NCBI RefSeq assembly: GCF_902713615.1
Contig: NC_052146.1
Location: 18,713,879 to 18,777,878 of the forward strand
DNA: 64,000 nt
Reading direction: 5' to 3'
Origin: Scyliorhinus canicula
Lineage: Eukaryota
A model generated the notes under the pieces. The model saw only the letters and a program-made list of their open reading frames with translations. It searched no databases and was not told the DNA's origin. Positions 49,886-61,891 of the stretch are shown here, piece by piece. Within the stretch, counting starts at the first letter, position 1. Every line of letters begins with the position of its first letter. The position numbers and the translations under genes are program-made.

Positions 49886-50984
49886 ATGCAAAGATGAGAG
49901 TGATTGGTGCCTCTAGGTTGAATCTGGTGTGACCTAGGCTGCAAAAGAGTAAAGCCCAGTTAGCTGGTTCCAGTCCATTTTTAATTTTAATTCAACAGTA
50001 CAGCTTTCTGGCTGCCTTACTCCTGTCCCAAAAGAACAGCAGCAGGCCATTCAGCCTTCCTGGGAGAGTTCCAGATTTCCCACTAACTTTAGTATGAAAA
50101 AGTGCTTCCTGATTTTATTCATAAATGGCTTGGTTGGAAGGCTCAACTACAGTATGTCTGAGTGTTACTGTTTCCACACCTTGTTGAATACATGACAGTA
50201 TCCAGAAATCTCAGCCCTATTTTGCAAACCTGAGCAGAGTTTGTGTTTATCCCAAAGACTTGATTATAGATCATTCTGTAGCTGTTTATGTATTGAATTG
50301 AGTGTAGGGACTCCTCAAAGTGCCCTTAGTTCTTTGTACCTTGATTGACAGTCTGCTTTATTTTGTACTTTATTGCATGTCTACTGTATGTGGGAAATGG
50401 AGTAAGACCAACCTTCTAAAGCTACCAGAAACGTTGATGGTGGTCATTCCAGTGCGAGCCAAGGTTTGTTAACTGTTGCGTATGGACCCTTCATTGCAGA
50501 CACCAGCCCTGCTGCGCCTGAAGCACGCATGGGTAACATCAGCTCAGTGCTGTCCTACAGAGGTGTGTCGAAGGGCAGCGATGGTGGAGTCTGCTGCAAA
50601 GCAGGCATGTATGTGGAGGGGTGAGAAAGCCTGGACTATGAGGCATGTGCCTCAAATAATCTATGCGCCCAGTCAACCTGAATAGGCATTCTTCAGTGTC
50701 GAGGCCTGCCTTAACGGTTGGTGTACCAGTTAAATCCCTGAAGGTATAACCGAGAGGTTGTGCCAACGCGCGAGATGGAGAGTGTGGGAAACTTCAAATG
50801 TTTGATTTTAATATTTTTGTGAGAAAATAACGTGAAGTCTTGATTGTATGAACAAGAAACTATGAAAAGAGCACATTTTGCACTAACTCACTAATTGTAC
50901 ATGTGTGTATATGTATATATGAATGAAAAGGTTGCAGCAGAAAGTATTTTCCAAGTGTTTTAATTAATTTGTCAGACAAAAAGT

Positions 50985-50990
50985 AATAAA
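50985..50990 (+). terminator. USP30: Candidate distal poly(A) signal of USP30
   Basis: AATAAA in a U-rich context with upstream TGTA motifs and a downstream GT/T-rich element. Other AATAAA sites at ~46823 and ~48333. Confidence 0.5.
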
Positions 50991-51119
50991 ATTTTCTTTG
51001 GGCTAACAAATCTCCACTTGTGTATTTTTACTAATGCTTTGAACTTCACTGCCTTGTTCCTCCTAAACTCCCCATGGTGTTCAAATAAAGACTTATCACA
51101 GTGTCCTGTTCCAGCTCAT

Positions 51120-51745
51120 TCATAGAAACCCTACAGTACAGAAAGAGGCCATTTGGCCCATCGAGTCTGCACCAAACTATCACACCCTGACCTAGGCCCA
51201 CTCCCCTGCCCCATCCCATTACCCCACCTAACCTTTGAACACCAAAGGGCAATTTAGCATAGCCAATCCACCTAACCTGCACATCTTCGGACTGTGGGAG
51301 GAAACCCACACAGACAGGGAGAAAGTGCAAACTCCACACACAGTCACCCAAGGCCGGAATCAAACCCGGGTCCCTGGTGCTGTGAGGCAGCAGTGCTAAC
51401 TCTCCAGGACTACAGAGTTATGGAGCTCCCATCTTCTTTCAGTCATCTTTCTTCCCGGGATTAAGTTTTTCAAACAAAATAATCTTTATTAGTATCACAA
51501 GTAGGCTTATATTAACACTGCAATGAAGTCACTGTGAAAAGCCCCTAGTCACCACACTCTGACACCTGTTCAGATACATAGAGGGAGAATTCAGAATGTC
51601 CAATTCACCTAACAAGCACATCTTTCAGGACTTGTGGGAGGAAACCCACGCAGACACAGGGAGAACGTGCAGACTCCGCACAGTCACCCAAGCCAGGAAT
51701 CAAACCCAGGACCCTGGTGCTGTGAAGCAAAGTGCTAACCACTGT
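51120..51745 (-). mobile_element. Two SINEs (HE1-type 51120-51400; Rex1-tailed 51480-51745)
   Basis: Family homology. Confidence 0.8.
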
Positions 51746-51989
51746 GATTCACTGCCTCTTGTTCCACTTCACCTTTACTGTTCAGCCTTGATGATTACCT
51801 GCACAGTGGGCCCTAGCCTCATGACATAAGAAATAGGAGCAGGATCAGACATTCAATGAGACCATAGCTAATCCTTTACCCCAACTCCACTTTCTGCCCT
51901 CACCCTACTCCCTATGGAGTACCCAAAAATCTTACTGATCTCACCCTTGAACATATTCAATGACTGAGATGCGACTCCAGAGAAACCCC

Positions 51990-52690
51990 TGCTCCAACCT
52001 ACTGTATATCTCCCGCCTCAGAACAGCAACACGCCATCTGCACAATCAACATCCTGAGGGATACCATTAACCAGAAACTGAACTGGACTAGCCATATAAT
52101 TACTACGGCGACAAGAGCAGGCCAGAGGCTAGGGATTCTGTGGTAACTCACCTCCCTGACTCCCCACAGCTTGTCCACCATCTACAAGGTTCAAGTCAGG
52201 AGTGTATTGGAATACTCTACACTTCAAGTAGAGTGCAGCTTCAAGAACACTAGATGCTTAGCAGGGCAAAGCTGCCCACTTTATTGGCATCCTATCCACA
52301 AACAATTACTCTCCACCACTGACACAGAGTGGCAGCCGTGTGTACCATCGACAAAATGCACTGCAGGACCTCCAGGCTCCTTAGGCAGCACCTTCCAAAT
52401 CCACAGCCCTACCATCTAGAAGAGCAAGGGCAGCAGACACATGGGAACACCAGCACCTGGAGGTTCCCCTCCAAGCCACTCACCATCCTGACTTACAAAT
52501 ATATTGGCCATTCCGTCACTGATGCTGGGTCAAAATCCTGGAACTCCCTCCCTAACAGCGCCGTGGGTGTACCTACACCACATGGGCTGTCGCAGTTCAA
52601 GGCAGCTCACTACAACGTTAAGGGCAACTAGGGATGGGCAATCAATGCTGGCCTAGCCAGCTATGCCCACACCCCATCAGTGCTTTTTAA
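51990..52690 (+). mobile_element. L2/CR1-superclade LINE 3' fragment
   Basis: Homologous to 34810-35670. Confidence 0.78.
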
Positions 52691-52829
52691 AACCTTACCT
52701 CAGGCAAAAGGTCAGTTACAGCCAGCAGAGAATCCGAGGAAATCCCAGGATAAGGCTCCTTACCAATGCAGAAACCGGTTCTTGAACAGTAAGGGGACCA
52801 GATTCTTATTTGAATTCCCCAACAAAACT

Positions 52830-52835
52830 TTTATT
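52830..52835 (-). terminator. ALKBH2: Candidate poly(A) signal of ALKBH2
   Basis: AATAAA on the minus strand ~480 nt after the stop codon. Confidence 0.55.
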
Positions 52836-53316
52836 GATTAAAAATGGTCCCTTACCCACTACAGACTTGGGTCTTCCAAATCTAATGAGTTCTAGGCTTC
52901 GCCCTTAATCTTTGCTGGATCAGCTGAACCAGCACATGGGATGCTACCATTGGTATCTGTGCACCTGGGAGATAGTTAAGAAGCCAGGCATAAAAATCAG
53001 GCCGGTTTCCCCACTCACAATGCCTCCTTCTATCAAGTTGGATATGTTGATTGAAGGATTAAATATCGGCTGGGACACTGGGTGGGGGGAGGAATCACCC
53101 TCCTGCTCTTCTTCAAAATAGTACCATGGGATCTTTTACACCCAGCTGAGGGGGCAGACAGGCTGCCAAATTAACATCTCAGCAACAAGAGTGATGGACC
53201 AAGAGCTGCTGGCGGCAAACCTTAACCCAGAATGGAGAGAATTCAAACAGGCCAAAAACAAATCTCTCCATCGTTTATCGGCAATCTCCATTGGCTGGGG
53301 AGGAGGGGGGACAATC

Positions 53317-53626
53317 TCAATTCTTTGGTGGAGGCAGAACTTTGCGGAAGGTTAGGTTGACCCTGGGGGTGAGCACTTTCTTGCGGACCGGCAGGCTGTG
53401 GTACCAGTAGACATTCGTCGGGTAGTTCATCATCAGCAGGCTGCCATGGACAAGAAGCAGCTTGACCGGTTCCAGGTGGCGTGTAGCACTCCTCCCCCGC
53501 GAGTCGCAATGGCGGAAGACGAAGTCCCTGCAGGCGCCAAAGGAAACGGACGCAATAGGGCTGAGAGGCTCCAGTTCCTTCTCATCGTCACGATGCTCCC
53601 CGATGTGATCACTTCCATCTTTGTAC
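53317..53626 (-). CDS. ALKBH2: ALKBH2 last coding exon (HxD...H, RxxxxxR)
   Basis: YKDGSDHIGEHRDDEKEL...WYHSLPVRKKVLTPRVNLTFRKV; acceptor gcAG at 53628-53627. Confidence 0.98.
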
Positions 53627-54984
53627 CTGCGGGTGAAGGATGGAAGATTAGTCCGAGGGTTCTGAATATGCATCCAGCCAGTGGCTGGATTGTGATACAA
53701 CTTCTTACCAATTAGAATTGCATCGCCTGTTCCACATTTCAGTTTCCCTTTAGTCCCTGGAGATGTTCCTTATTATATACCTTTGATACCTCACCCAATT
53801 AGACATTCGTCTGAGGGTAATAATCATTAGAGTGTTTATGTAAGCCTACTTGTGACACAAATAAGGATTATTATTATTAATCCTGCATAATGATGGTCCT
53901 AAAATAATGCAACCATGGAAGCGGAGTCCAAACCGCTCCAACTTGAATTTATCCAGTGCATTTAACTGGAGTAAAACATCCCAAAGTGCTGGACAGGAGC
54001 ACTATGAAACAAACTTTGACACTGAGTTTGCATGGGGAAATTAGCACTGGTACAAACTCCGTCAAAGAGGGAGGGTTTACATCTTAAGAGGGAAAAAAAA
54101 AAAGAAAGAGGTTCATGGAGAAAAGTCCAGAACTTTATGGGAATTGGCATCTGGATGCCAATGATGGAGCAAAGAAAATAAGGCAGGTGCAACAGAGCTT
54201 GGATTCCTGCAGCGAGTAGCTCACCTGACTCCCCAAAGCCTGGCCACTACCGACAAGCCGTAAGTCAGCAGTGTGGGGGAATCCACTCCACTTGCCTGGA
54301 TGGAGCAACTAACATGAGAAGTTTGATTATATCCTAAACAAAGCAGCCTACTGGATTGGCACCCTCTCCACCACTGGCAGCAGTTTGTACCATCTACAGG
54401 ATGCACGGCAGCAAGTCCAAAACTCTTCCACCGAGAAGATGAAAAGCCTGGGAACTGCACCGCCTGCGAGTTGCACTCCCAGACACTTAAGCTTGGAATC
54501 CAGGCTCTCATGACAATGGGAAATAGTGACGGAGTGAGGATTATAATACCTATAAATTAACCAGCTAACCAAAACATGTTGAATTCTTTAAAGAGGACCT
54601 GTTATTATTTTTAAATGCAAGATAAGACACTGACCAGAGATGGCTACCACAAGTCACCTGATATCCGGTATTACAAGTTGACCACCTTTCCACAATGTTC
54701 GACAAGCTACACCTCAAGGACAAGCAAAGGACTTAATTGTATCTTCTTTCAATTTTTATTTGGACTCTGGCATCTGTGCCTGTCTTTTATTATTTCTTCT
54801 CGGGTTTAAGAACTTTCTCTTTCTTTGACTCAAGAAAATCTTGTTTGATTGGTTCCTTATTACAAAGTAAATAAGGTTGGATTGGAAAAAGCACCTCCAG
54901 GGAAGATAGGCAAGAAGAAATTGTTGTTGCAACCAATCCGAGAGGCTGAATAAAGGAGAGCCAGATTGCCCCTTCTCTCCCGAT

Positions 54985-55800
54985 CGTACAAGTCCCGCAC
55001 TCCCACTGCAGTTCTGAGGGAATGCTGAATTTGAGGTGCAACCTTTCTTCAGATGAGACATTAAGGCGAGGCCCCATCTGCCCTCTCAAATACATAACAA
55101 CATATAAAATAGGAGAATGGGCCATTTGGCCCCTCGAGACTCCTCCACCATTCATTAAGGTTACGGTTGATCGGTTTGTGTTTTGAATCCCATAGTTCCA
55201 TTTACTCCCAATAACCTTTCATTCCCTTGACTAACAAGAATCTATCGACCTCCACCTTAAAAATATGCAATGGCCCCGCTTCCATCACCTTCTGTGGCAG
55301 AGAGCTCCAAAGTCGCCCAACCCTCAGAGAAAAGGTTTCTCCTCGTCGCTGGTCCATCAGGGTGACCCCTAATTTCAAAATAGTGCCCCCCATCTCTGGG
55401 CTCACCCACAAGATGAAACACCCTTTCCACGTCCACCATATCAATACCGTTCCGGGTCTTATAACCTTCAATCACTACTCACTCTTCTGAACTCCAATGG
55501 AAACAAGCCCAGCCTGTCCAGCCTGTTCTCATTCCAGGTATCAATCTAGTAAACCGCCTGCCTCCAATGCATAAAAGATCCCAACACACTATTGAGAAGA
55601 ACTCCAGGCAAGTTTTAACCTCAATCAACATCAGGAAAACATGATCTGATCATAGTAACATTGCTACGTGTGGGATCTTGCTGTGCATTGACTGGCTGCT
55701 GCATTTTCTACATTACACACATAGACGTTTCCAAAATGACTTGATTGGCAGTCCGAAATATGCCAAGGTCATAAAAAGCAGTATATAAACGCAACTCTTC
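54985..55800 (+). mobile_element. Deu-domain SINE split by a minus-strand CR1 fragment (~55090-55570)
   Basis: The Deu core ...GAGGCCCCATCTGCCCTCTCA resumes as TAAAAGATCCCAACACACTATT after the CR1 piece. Confidence 0.75.
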
Positions 55801-56007
55801 TGCTCAGATTCCCACCCCTTTCATAGAAAGGTGGCCAGCCTCGATGTAGTCAGGATCAAGAACTGTATCTGAACCTCCCCTTCTGCCTCACCGCGATTAC
55901 AGCCTCTGTTTGCTGCAAGTAATCAGCCTCTTCAAAGCATTTCAGCACCATTACCTTCACCCCCCCCCCCTTGTTCCGTCCCCTCTCCACGGTCTTTGAA
56001 CATTCAC

Positions 56008-56206
56008 CTGTTGATCAGCACAAAGTTGAACGTGTGTCCTGTAGCCTGTGTTACTCTGTCTCTTATCTTCTCCAGTACAGGAAGCCAAGGTTTAGGGACC
56101 AAGGTCACCCCCGAATACGTGTAGGTCAGACCAAGGTCGCCATACGTCACCTGTCTGCGCGGAATATCGTGCCATTTGCCAAACACCTGTACTTTGGTCT
56201 GTTCAC
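56008..56206 (-). CDS. ALKBH2: ALKBH2 middle coding exon
   Basis: EQTKVQVFGKWHDIPRRQVTYGD...FNFVLINR; 199 nt. Confidence 0.98.
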
Positions 56207-56267
56207 CTTGAAGTAAACACAATTTGAGAAAAGACAGAGATCACAGTACTTAACCAAACTGGCCAAG

Positions 56268-56497
56268 ATTTTTTAAAAATATAAATTTAGTGTACTCAAT
56301 TTATTTTTTCCAATTAAGGGACAATTTAGCGTGACCAATCCACCTAACCTGCACATATTTGGGTTGTGCGGGTGAAACCCACGCAAACACAGGGAGAATG
56401 TGCAAACTCCACACAGGCAGTGACCCAGAGCCGGGATCGAATCTGCGACCTCGGCACCATGAGGCGGCAATACTAACCATTGTGCCACCGTGCCGCC
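56268..56497 (-). mobile_element. HE1/V-type SINE, A-tailed form
   Basis: Flanked by a CCAA(A/C)CTGGCCAA duplication. Confidence 0.85.
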
Positions 56498-57904
56498 CCA
56501 ACCTGGCCAACTTAATCAATTGCCTTGCTAATACCGAAAATTGCAGTTTGATCAGCTCCAAGTTCCCTTTCCAATGAAACAGACTAAACTGATGTAACCT
56601 TTCTCCGAGGTTAAACTGCCAGTGCACAAAACAGTCACCGTAGCAGGTGGTCAGGTTTTTTCAAACTGCAGAGGGCTTTGAAGAGGAGCTCATGAAAATG
56701 GAAAAAGTTAATCTGAAATATGACTGTCAACTGTCAGAGCGAGCAAGGGATTCCTCTTCACGTTGCATGGAATGTGCAGGGAATGGAGGTCACAACACCA
56801 GACAACCTGGTCACGCAATGAGGTTAGAAAGAGCCCTCTGCTGACCATGGATAAATCTTTTAACAAAGGATATTTTCACAGATAAGGGGATGACAGAATG
56901 TGTGACATTTACTCATCCATCAATTTGATCAGTTTTTTTAGAACAGTAAAATGAGAGAAAAAGAGTTTGAGAACGCAACAGAACCACGGTAAGAGAATGA
57001 TTAAAAGAGATTGAGAGGGGCTAAGTGCATATTACAAAATTCATATTGTCACTCTGCCATCCCTTTGTCTAATTATGATTTATTGGTGGCATGCATGAAT
57101 GTTGCGATCAAAAGTGGAGTTAGTAAAGAAGTTGTGAACAAAGGCAGAGCATTTACTCATACTGGGATTGTGAAATACGTTGTCTCAGCAAAGGCCTGGG
57201 TCCTGCGTTGTTACAACTGAATGTGTGGGTACACACTCTGGTGTTTTACACGATGGAGTTGAATCAGAAAGCTGTCCAACAGAACGGGAAAGAGCACTAG
57301 AGGAGGAAACCCTGGGATAATTTCAGAAACAATTGAACAATACAAGGACTACTTTAGGATCTTTCTGGATGCACAAATTTAGTTGGGCAGAATGCAAATG
57401 AGGAAGGTCAATCGCCCTCTGCAATGGAAAGGCAGCAGATTCTGGAACACAGGCAGTCAGAATGGACCTCGCTTAAATAGAAGCTTTTGATAGCCAAATG
57501 AAAATTAGCTGTTACCAACGTTTCTATCCCAGATTCCATCTCATTCAGAAAACAACAGCAGCCCAGCAGTGAGTGAGCCAGGGTTGCAGTTCACAGTGAG
57601 CGACCGGTCAGAGGTATCGTTTTTGTTTAAAGGGAACTGTGCTTCTGCACGTTCTCTCCACTGCATCAGGCAGTGGTCTGCACGCAATGTCCTAGGGACC
57701 CTGCGGGAAAAGGAAACGGTTGACCTGTCGGATGGTTCCCCGAGCAGATTGTCAAACTAATTTGGCAGAATGCTAAAATTTTCAAACAAGCTCCAAGATG
57801 TAACTCGACTGGTGACGAGAAAGGCCTCCCTCCCTGTCCCTACGCACTCAAGAGTCTCAGTGCCCTCCACACGTTGCTCTCGAGGTAGCTGCGGTGGGAG
57901 AAAA

Positions 57905-58055
57905 GACCAATTGTGTATTCTCATGTATTTTCTTGAATTTTGTTTAATTCCCTTTTCTTCCATGTACTGAATGATCTGTTGCGCTGCTTGCAGAAAAATA
58001 CTTTTCACTGTACCTCGGTACACGTGACAATAAACAAATCCAATCCAATCCAATC
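57905..58055 (+). mobile_element. Rex1-type LINE 3' terminus
   Basis: Reverse complement of 24235-24370; (AATCC)n end. Confidence 0.8.
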
Positions 58056-58616
58056 GCCACCTCCTTCTGCAACGTGCCTTTGCAAAAGGAGGTCGAGAGA
58101 GAGATGCAGCAGTTTTTGTTGAGGTTCATTCTGTGACGCAAGACTCTGTGCTCTACGGACTGTTCCCAGGAATGCTCACAGGGACAAGCGTCAACTACTG
58201 CTGGAGGATCATCAACTAGGTGAAAGACACCCTTTGGTCTGCCCATGGCCTGCTAGTTTTCCAACGCAAAGTGAGTGTTGCAAATTGGCACATTCCATAA
58301 TCTAGGACTATGTCGAAGGTGAGAGGGCGCTAAAACCTGCGATACACAGGGGTGAAATGGGGAAAGGTCACTGTCTAAAGCCTTTCAGCCATAGTACACG
58401 GAGAGATTAAGCTCTGTATATAACCCCGCAGATTGTATTTCTGACATGGAGAGAGTTGAAATTGTATTGAGGCACCTCAAGAGTGAAACAAGCTGTGTGG
58501 AGGCAAGTTGAATTCTATTACACTTTCTGCAAGATTCAGTTTGAAATGTACTTTTACAACTGTTACAAAAGTATTTTTTTTTGGGTGGGGGGAGAATTCT
58601 TCCCACTCCATTGTAC

Positions 58617-58926
58617 CTGAAAAGTACTCCAGCACTTTCTCCAATTGCAAGAATATGTCATCTGCCTCAGATTTGCTGAATATTTTGGTATAATCACAGT
58701 TCAGCCCCTCAGCTCTGAGTTGCTTCCAGGAATATTTCACATCTCTCGCTGACTCCTGCTCAGATAAGAGAGGTGGCAGTTCAGTTTCTTCACTTCCTCC
58801 GGTCCCGCGTTTCAGTTTCTTCCTCGGACTCTCATCATTCAAATCCACCTGGCATTTTATCTCACACTGTCCTAGTTTGTGATTGTCAGGGTTCTTTGAG
58901 TGTTTCATCACAAACTTGTCCATCAT
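58617..58926 (-). CDS. ALKBH2: ALKBH2 first coding exon
   Basis: MMDKFVMK...WKQLRAEGLNCDYTKIFSKSEADDIFLQLEKVLEYFS; donor G|GTACAA. Confidence 0.95.
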
Positions 58927-59009
58927 TGTCTGGTCACATACAGTACACTGGGGTGCGGAGGTGAACAGCAGCAATCTGTTTGGAAGACAGCATATGTACG
59001 TTATAAATG

Positions 59010-59630
59010 TAGAATCATAGCATTCCTATGGTGCAGGATGCCATTCGGCCCATCGAGTTTGCACCAGCTCTTCGAAAGAGCACTCTACTCATGTCCACTC
59101 AACCGTCCAGCCCATCCTATCCCCGTAACCCCATAACCTAACCTGCAAATACCTGGACACTAAGGATGGGCAGCACAGTAGTTAGCACTGTTGCTTCACA
59201 GCTCCAGGTTCCATTCCCGGCTTGGGTCACTGTCTGTGCGGAGTCTGAACATTCTCCCCGTGTCTGTGTGGGTTTCCTCTGGTTCTCTCCCACAACTCCC
59301 AAAAGACCTGTTGTTAGGTAATTTGGACATTCTGAATTCTCCCTCAGTGTACCCGAACTAATGCCGGAATTAGGGGCTTTTCACAGTAACTTCATTGCAG
59401 TGTTAATGTAAGTCTACTTGTGACACTAATAATAAGTAACTTAGCACAGCCAATCCACATAACCTGCACATCTTTGAACTTAGGGAGGAAACCGGAGCAC
59501 CCGGAGGAAACCCACGCAGACAATGGGGAGAACGTGCAAACTCTACAGAGACAGTCACCCGAGGTGAACCCAGGTTCTTGGCGCTGTGAGGCAGCTAACC
59601 ACTGTGCCACCTGTGTTACTGTGCCACCCA
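59010..59630. mobile_element. HE1-type SINE (minus) with a nested Rex1-tailed SINE (plus, 59167-59435)
   Basis: The host SINE sequence resumes after the insert. Confidence 0.8.
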
Positions 59631-60129
59631 ACATGCTTGACTATAGTCACCACTCCAATGCTGCTTCCATTACCACACCTTTGAGTGGCACAGCCTATAC
59701 CACCCACACTTTCCAGGCGAGTCAACAGCTCAATCCAAACTTGTTTTTACACAATAACAGAGGATGCTGGAAAAATACAGCAGGTCTGGCAGCATCGGTT
59801 AAAGTTGAGTTCTCTTCTTACAGATGATGCCAGACCTACTGAGATTTTCCAACACCCTCTTCGTGTTTCAGAGACCAGCACCCGCAGTATTTTGCTAATT
59901 TGAATACATCTCCGCCGTCCTGTGAGAATCACTGGGCCGTTACCATTGCTACTCCTAACTGAAGTGGGGGTAGATCACGACACTGCCTTCTACGGAACAA
60001 CCCCACTTTTGAGTTGGGGCTGCTAAAGAATTGAAAGGGCTAAGCTTACAGTCGTTGCAAATTTGTCATTCAGCCAGACTCCCACCTCAGCAGAATTCAT
60101 CATCACACTTTCCCAGCTTAACACTTGAC

Positions 60130-60878
60130 AAACTGCTCACTTCCTACTTCCTGTATCTCAACATGTGCCCAGAATCAACCAATGAACGCGCAACTTTGCT
60201 CCAAATTAACCCAGTAATACCGGGCCAGTCCCAATAGCTGTATTGCAATGAATGAATGTTTTTTTTGGGAGGGGGAGGGGGAGGTGCAAATACGTTGTCC
60301 AATAATAGTACTTAATTGGACAAAACAGATACATGGTATTTGTATCAACTTATAAATGATTGGCCACAAAACATGACGCTACGTTTACTGCTCCACTTAC
60401 TGGTTTTCCATGTTAAATGATCGATTTGCAACAAATAGACCTTTAAACCTCTGAAGCTGAGATGGAAAGAGATGATAAAAAACGAACAACTCGTGCACAT
60501 GGCTTGAGCGTTTCTTTAACTCGAGATTCATTGACCTGCAACTTTTGAAGTCAAATGTTTTTTTTGGGGGGGGGACAGAAATAATTTAATCATTAGTAGT
60601 GTGTAGAAAAGTAATTAAGTGGCTTGCTATTTCTGTAGGGTTACGTCACAGTGTGTGTTTTCCCCTTTGCAACTTTCCTTCAGGGGGAGGGGAAGTTCTG
60701 CTGAAAGTTTTGGGTCAGAATAACTTTTTGGATCCGCCCCTCGATCGGGATCTGGCGCGAAAGAAACCACGTTGGTCGGGTGGGGAGGGTTGCCAGTTAG
60801 ACCAGTGTCTGTGTCTTTCCTGCATCCTTTCAAAACTCTGAAAATATTAATTCACTTGGAGGGAAACCGCTCTTTAAA
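60130..60878. promoter_or_regulatory. Head-to-head ALKBH2/UNG2 promoter region
   Basis: Five CCAAT/ATTGG boxes at 60179-60363, TACGTCA at ~60642, GC box 60734-60740, E2F GCGCGAAA 60755-60762, CHR-like TTCAAA 60829-60834. Confidence 0.7.
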
Positions 60879-60992
60879 ATGATCGGGCAGAAGACGATTG
60901 CCTCTTACTTCATTCCTGCGACCAAGAAAAGAACTTTATCTGAAGTTTCCGACGAAGAAATCGACAATGGGAAAGAAAAGAATCCAGAAGAG
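60879..60992 (+). CDS. UNG: UNG exon 1A (nuclear UNG2 N-terminus with PIP box)
   Basis: MIGQKTIASYFIPATKKR... matches human MIGQKTLYSFF; donor GAG|GTTAAA, phase 0. Confidence 0.93.
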
Positions 60993-61740
60993 GTTAAAAC
61001 TAAAAGTGTTCTTGTAAAAAGTGCGGGATTAATGTGAATTTAGTCACATTTTGAATAAGGGGTTCAGGATGTTTTAAATATTTCGTAGCTCTGAGGTAGT
61101 GTAAGGTTCTGTTTCACAATTGCAGTCTTTTGAAGAGGTTTCTTTCCAGGGTTTGAGCATTTTAGATTCTGTTTAAAAATCACCCATTTGGATGACCTCC
61201 TTTACATCCTCGGGCGTTTTAATTCGCTGGTTGTCACAGTTAATCTAGTGCGGAGAAAAATAGAGTAACTTGTTCTAAAATGGCTCATTGCTGTTTACAA
61301 TTTAAAAATAATAGTGCATTAAAATGCACCACAACATGGATTTCGTATCAATTATGGTCAAATTCATTCTTTTCTCATTTTAATCGTGGAAAATAAAGAT
61401 TTCTGCATTTTTTATCTAGAAATACTATTTCCAGATAAAATAGATTTCCGATTAAAAACCAATTTGCCCAAAAGATTAATTTAATGTTGTGATATCTGTT
61501 ACAGAGACATTTATTGTTTTCCTCATTTAACAAGTAGTCATTTCCCAGATTAAATTAATGTTGTGATGGGAGTTCTGAACAATTTTTTCCCTCATTTAAC
61601 AAGCAGTCATTTCCTTTGCGAATTTCAAAATGTTAAGTTTGTTCCATTTTTCTTGATCTTAAAAATGTTGGGGAGGGTTTTTTTTTGTAAAGTTCTGCAT
61701 AGATCCATTACTTTCATAATATCGTCCCTTTTTCAATGAG

Positions 61741-61830
61741 TTGGCGGGAAAGTCACCAAAGAAGAGGCAGCAGCCAATGGAAGTAAGGGGGCGGGGCTTT
61801 TGGAATGTTGCAACTTTAGGGGGCGGGGTT
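61741..61830 (+). promoter_or_regulatory. UNG: UNG promoter B (for exon 1B)
   Basis: E2F-like TTGGCGGGAA 61741-61750, CCAAT at ~61774, two GGGGCGGGG boxes. Confidence 0.7.
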
Positions 61831-61891
61831 TGTGAATTTCTCCCGCGGTCTTGCTCCCAGGTGAGTTGCAGGAGGACACAAACCTGCGGAA

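Noticed and set aside
58927-58974. Longer ALKBH2 start given by the ORF track (MLLFTSAP...)
   Set aside because: It begins at TTG; homology with human MDRFLVK places the start at 58926 or 58923.
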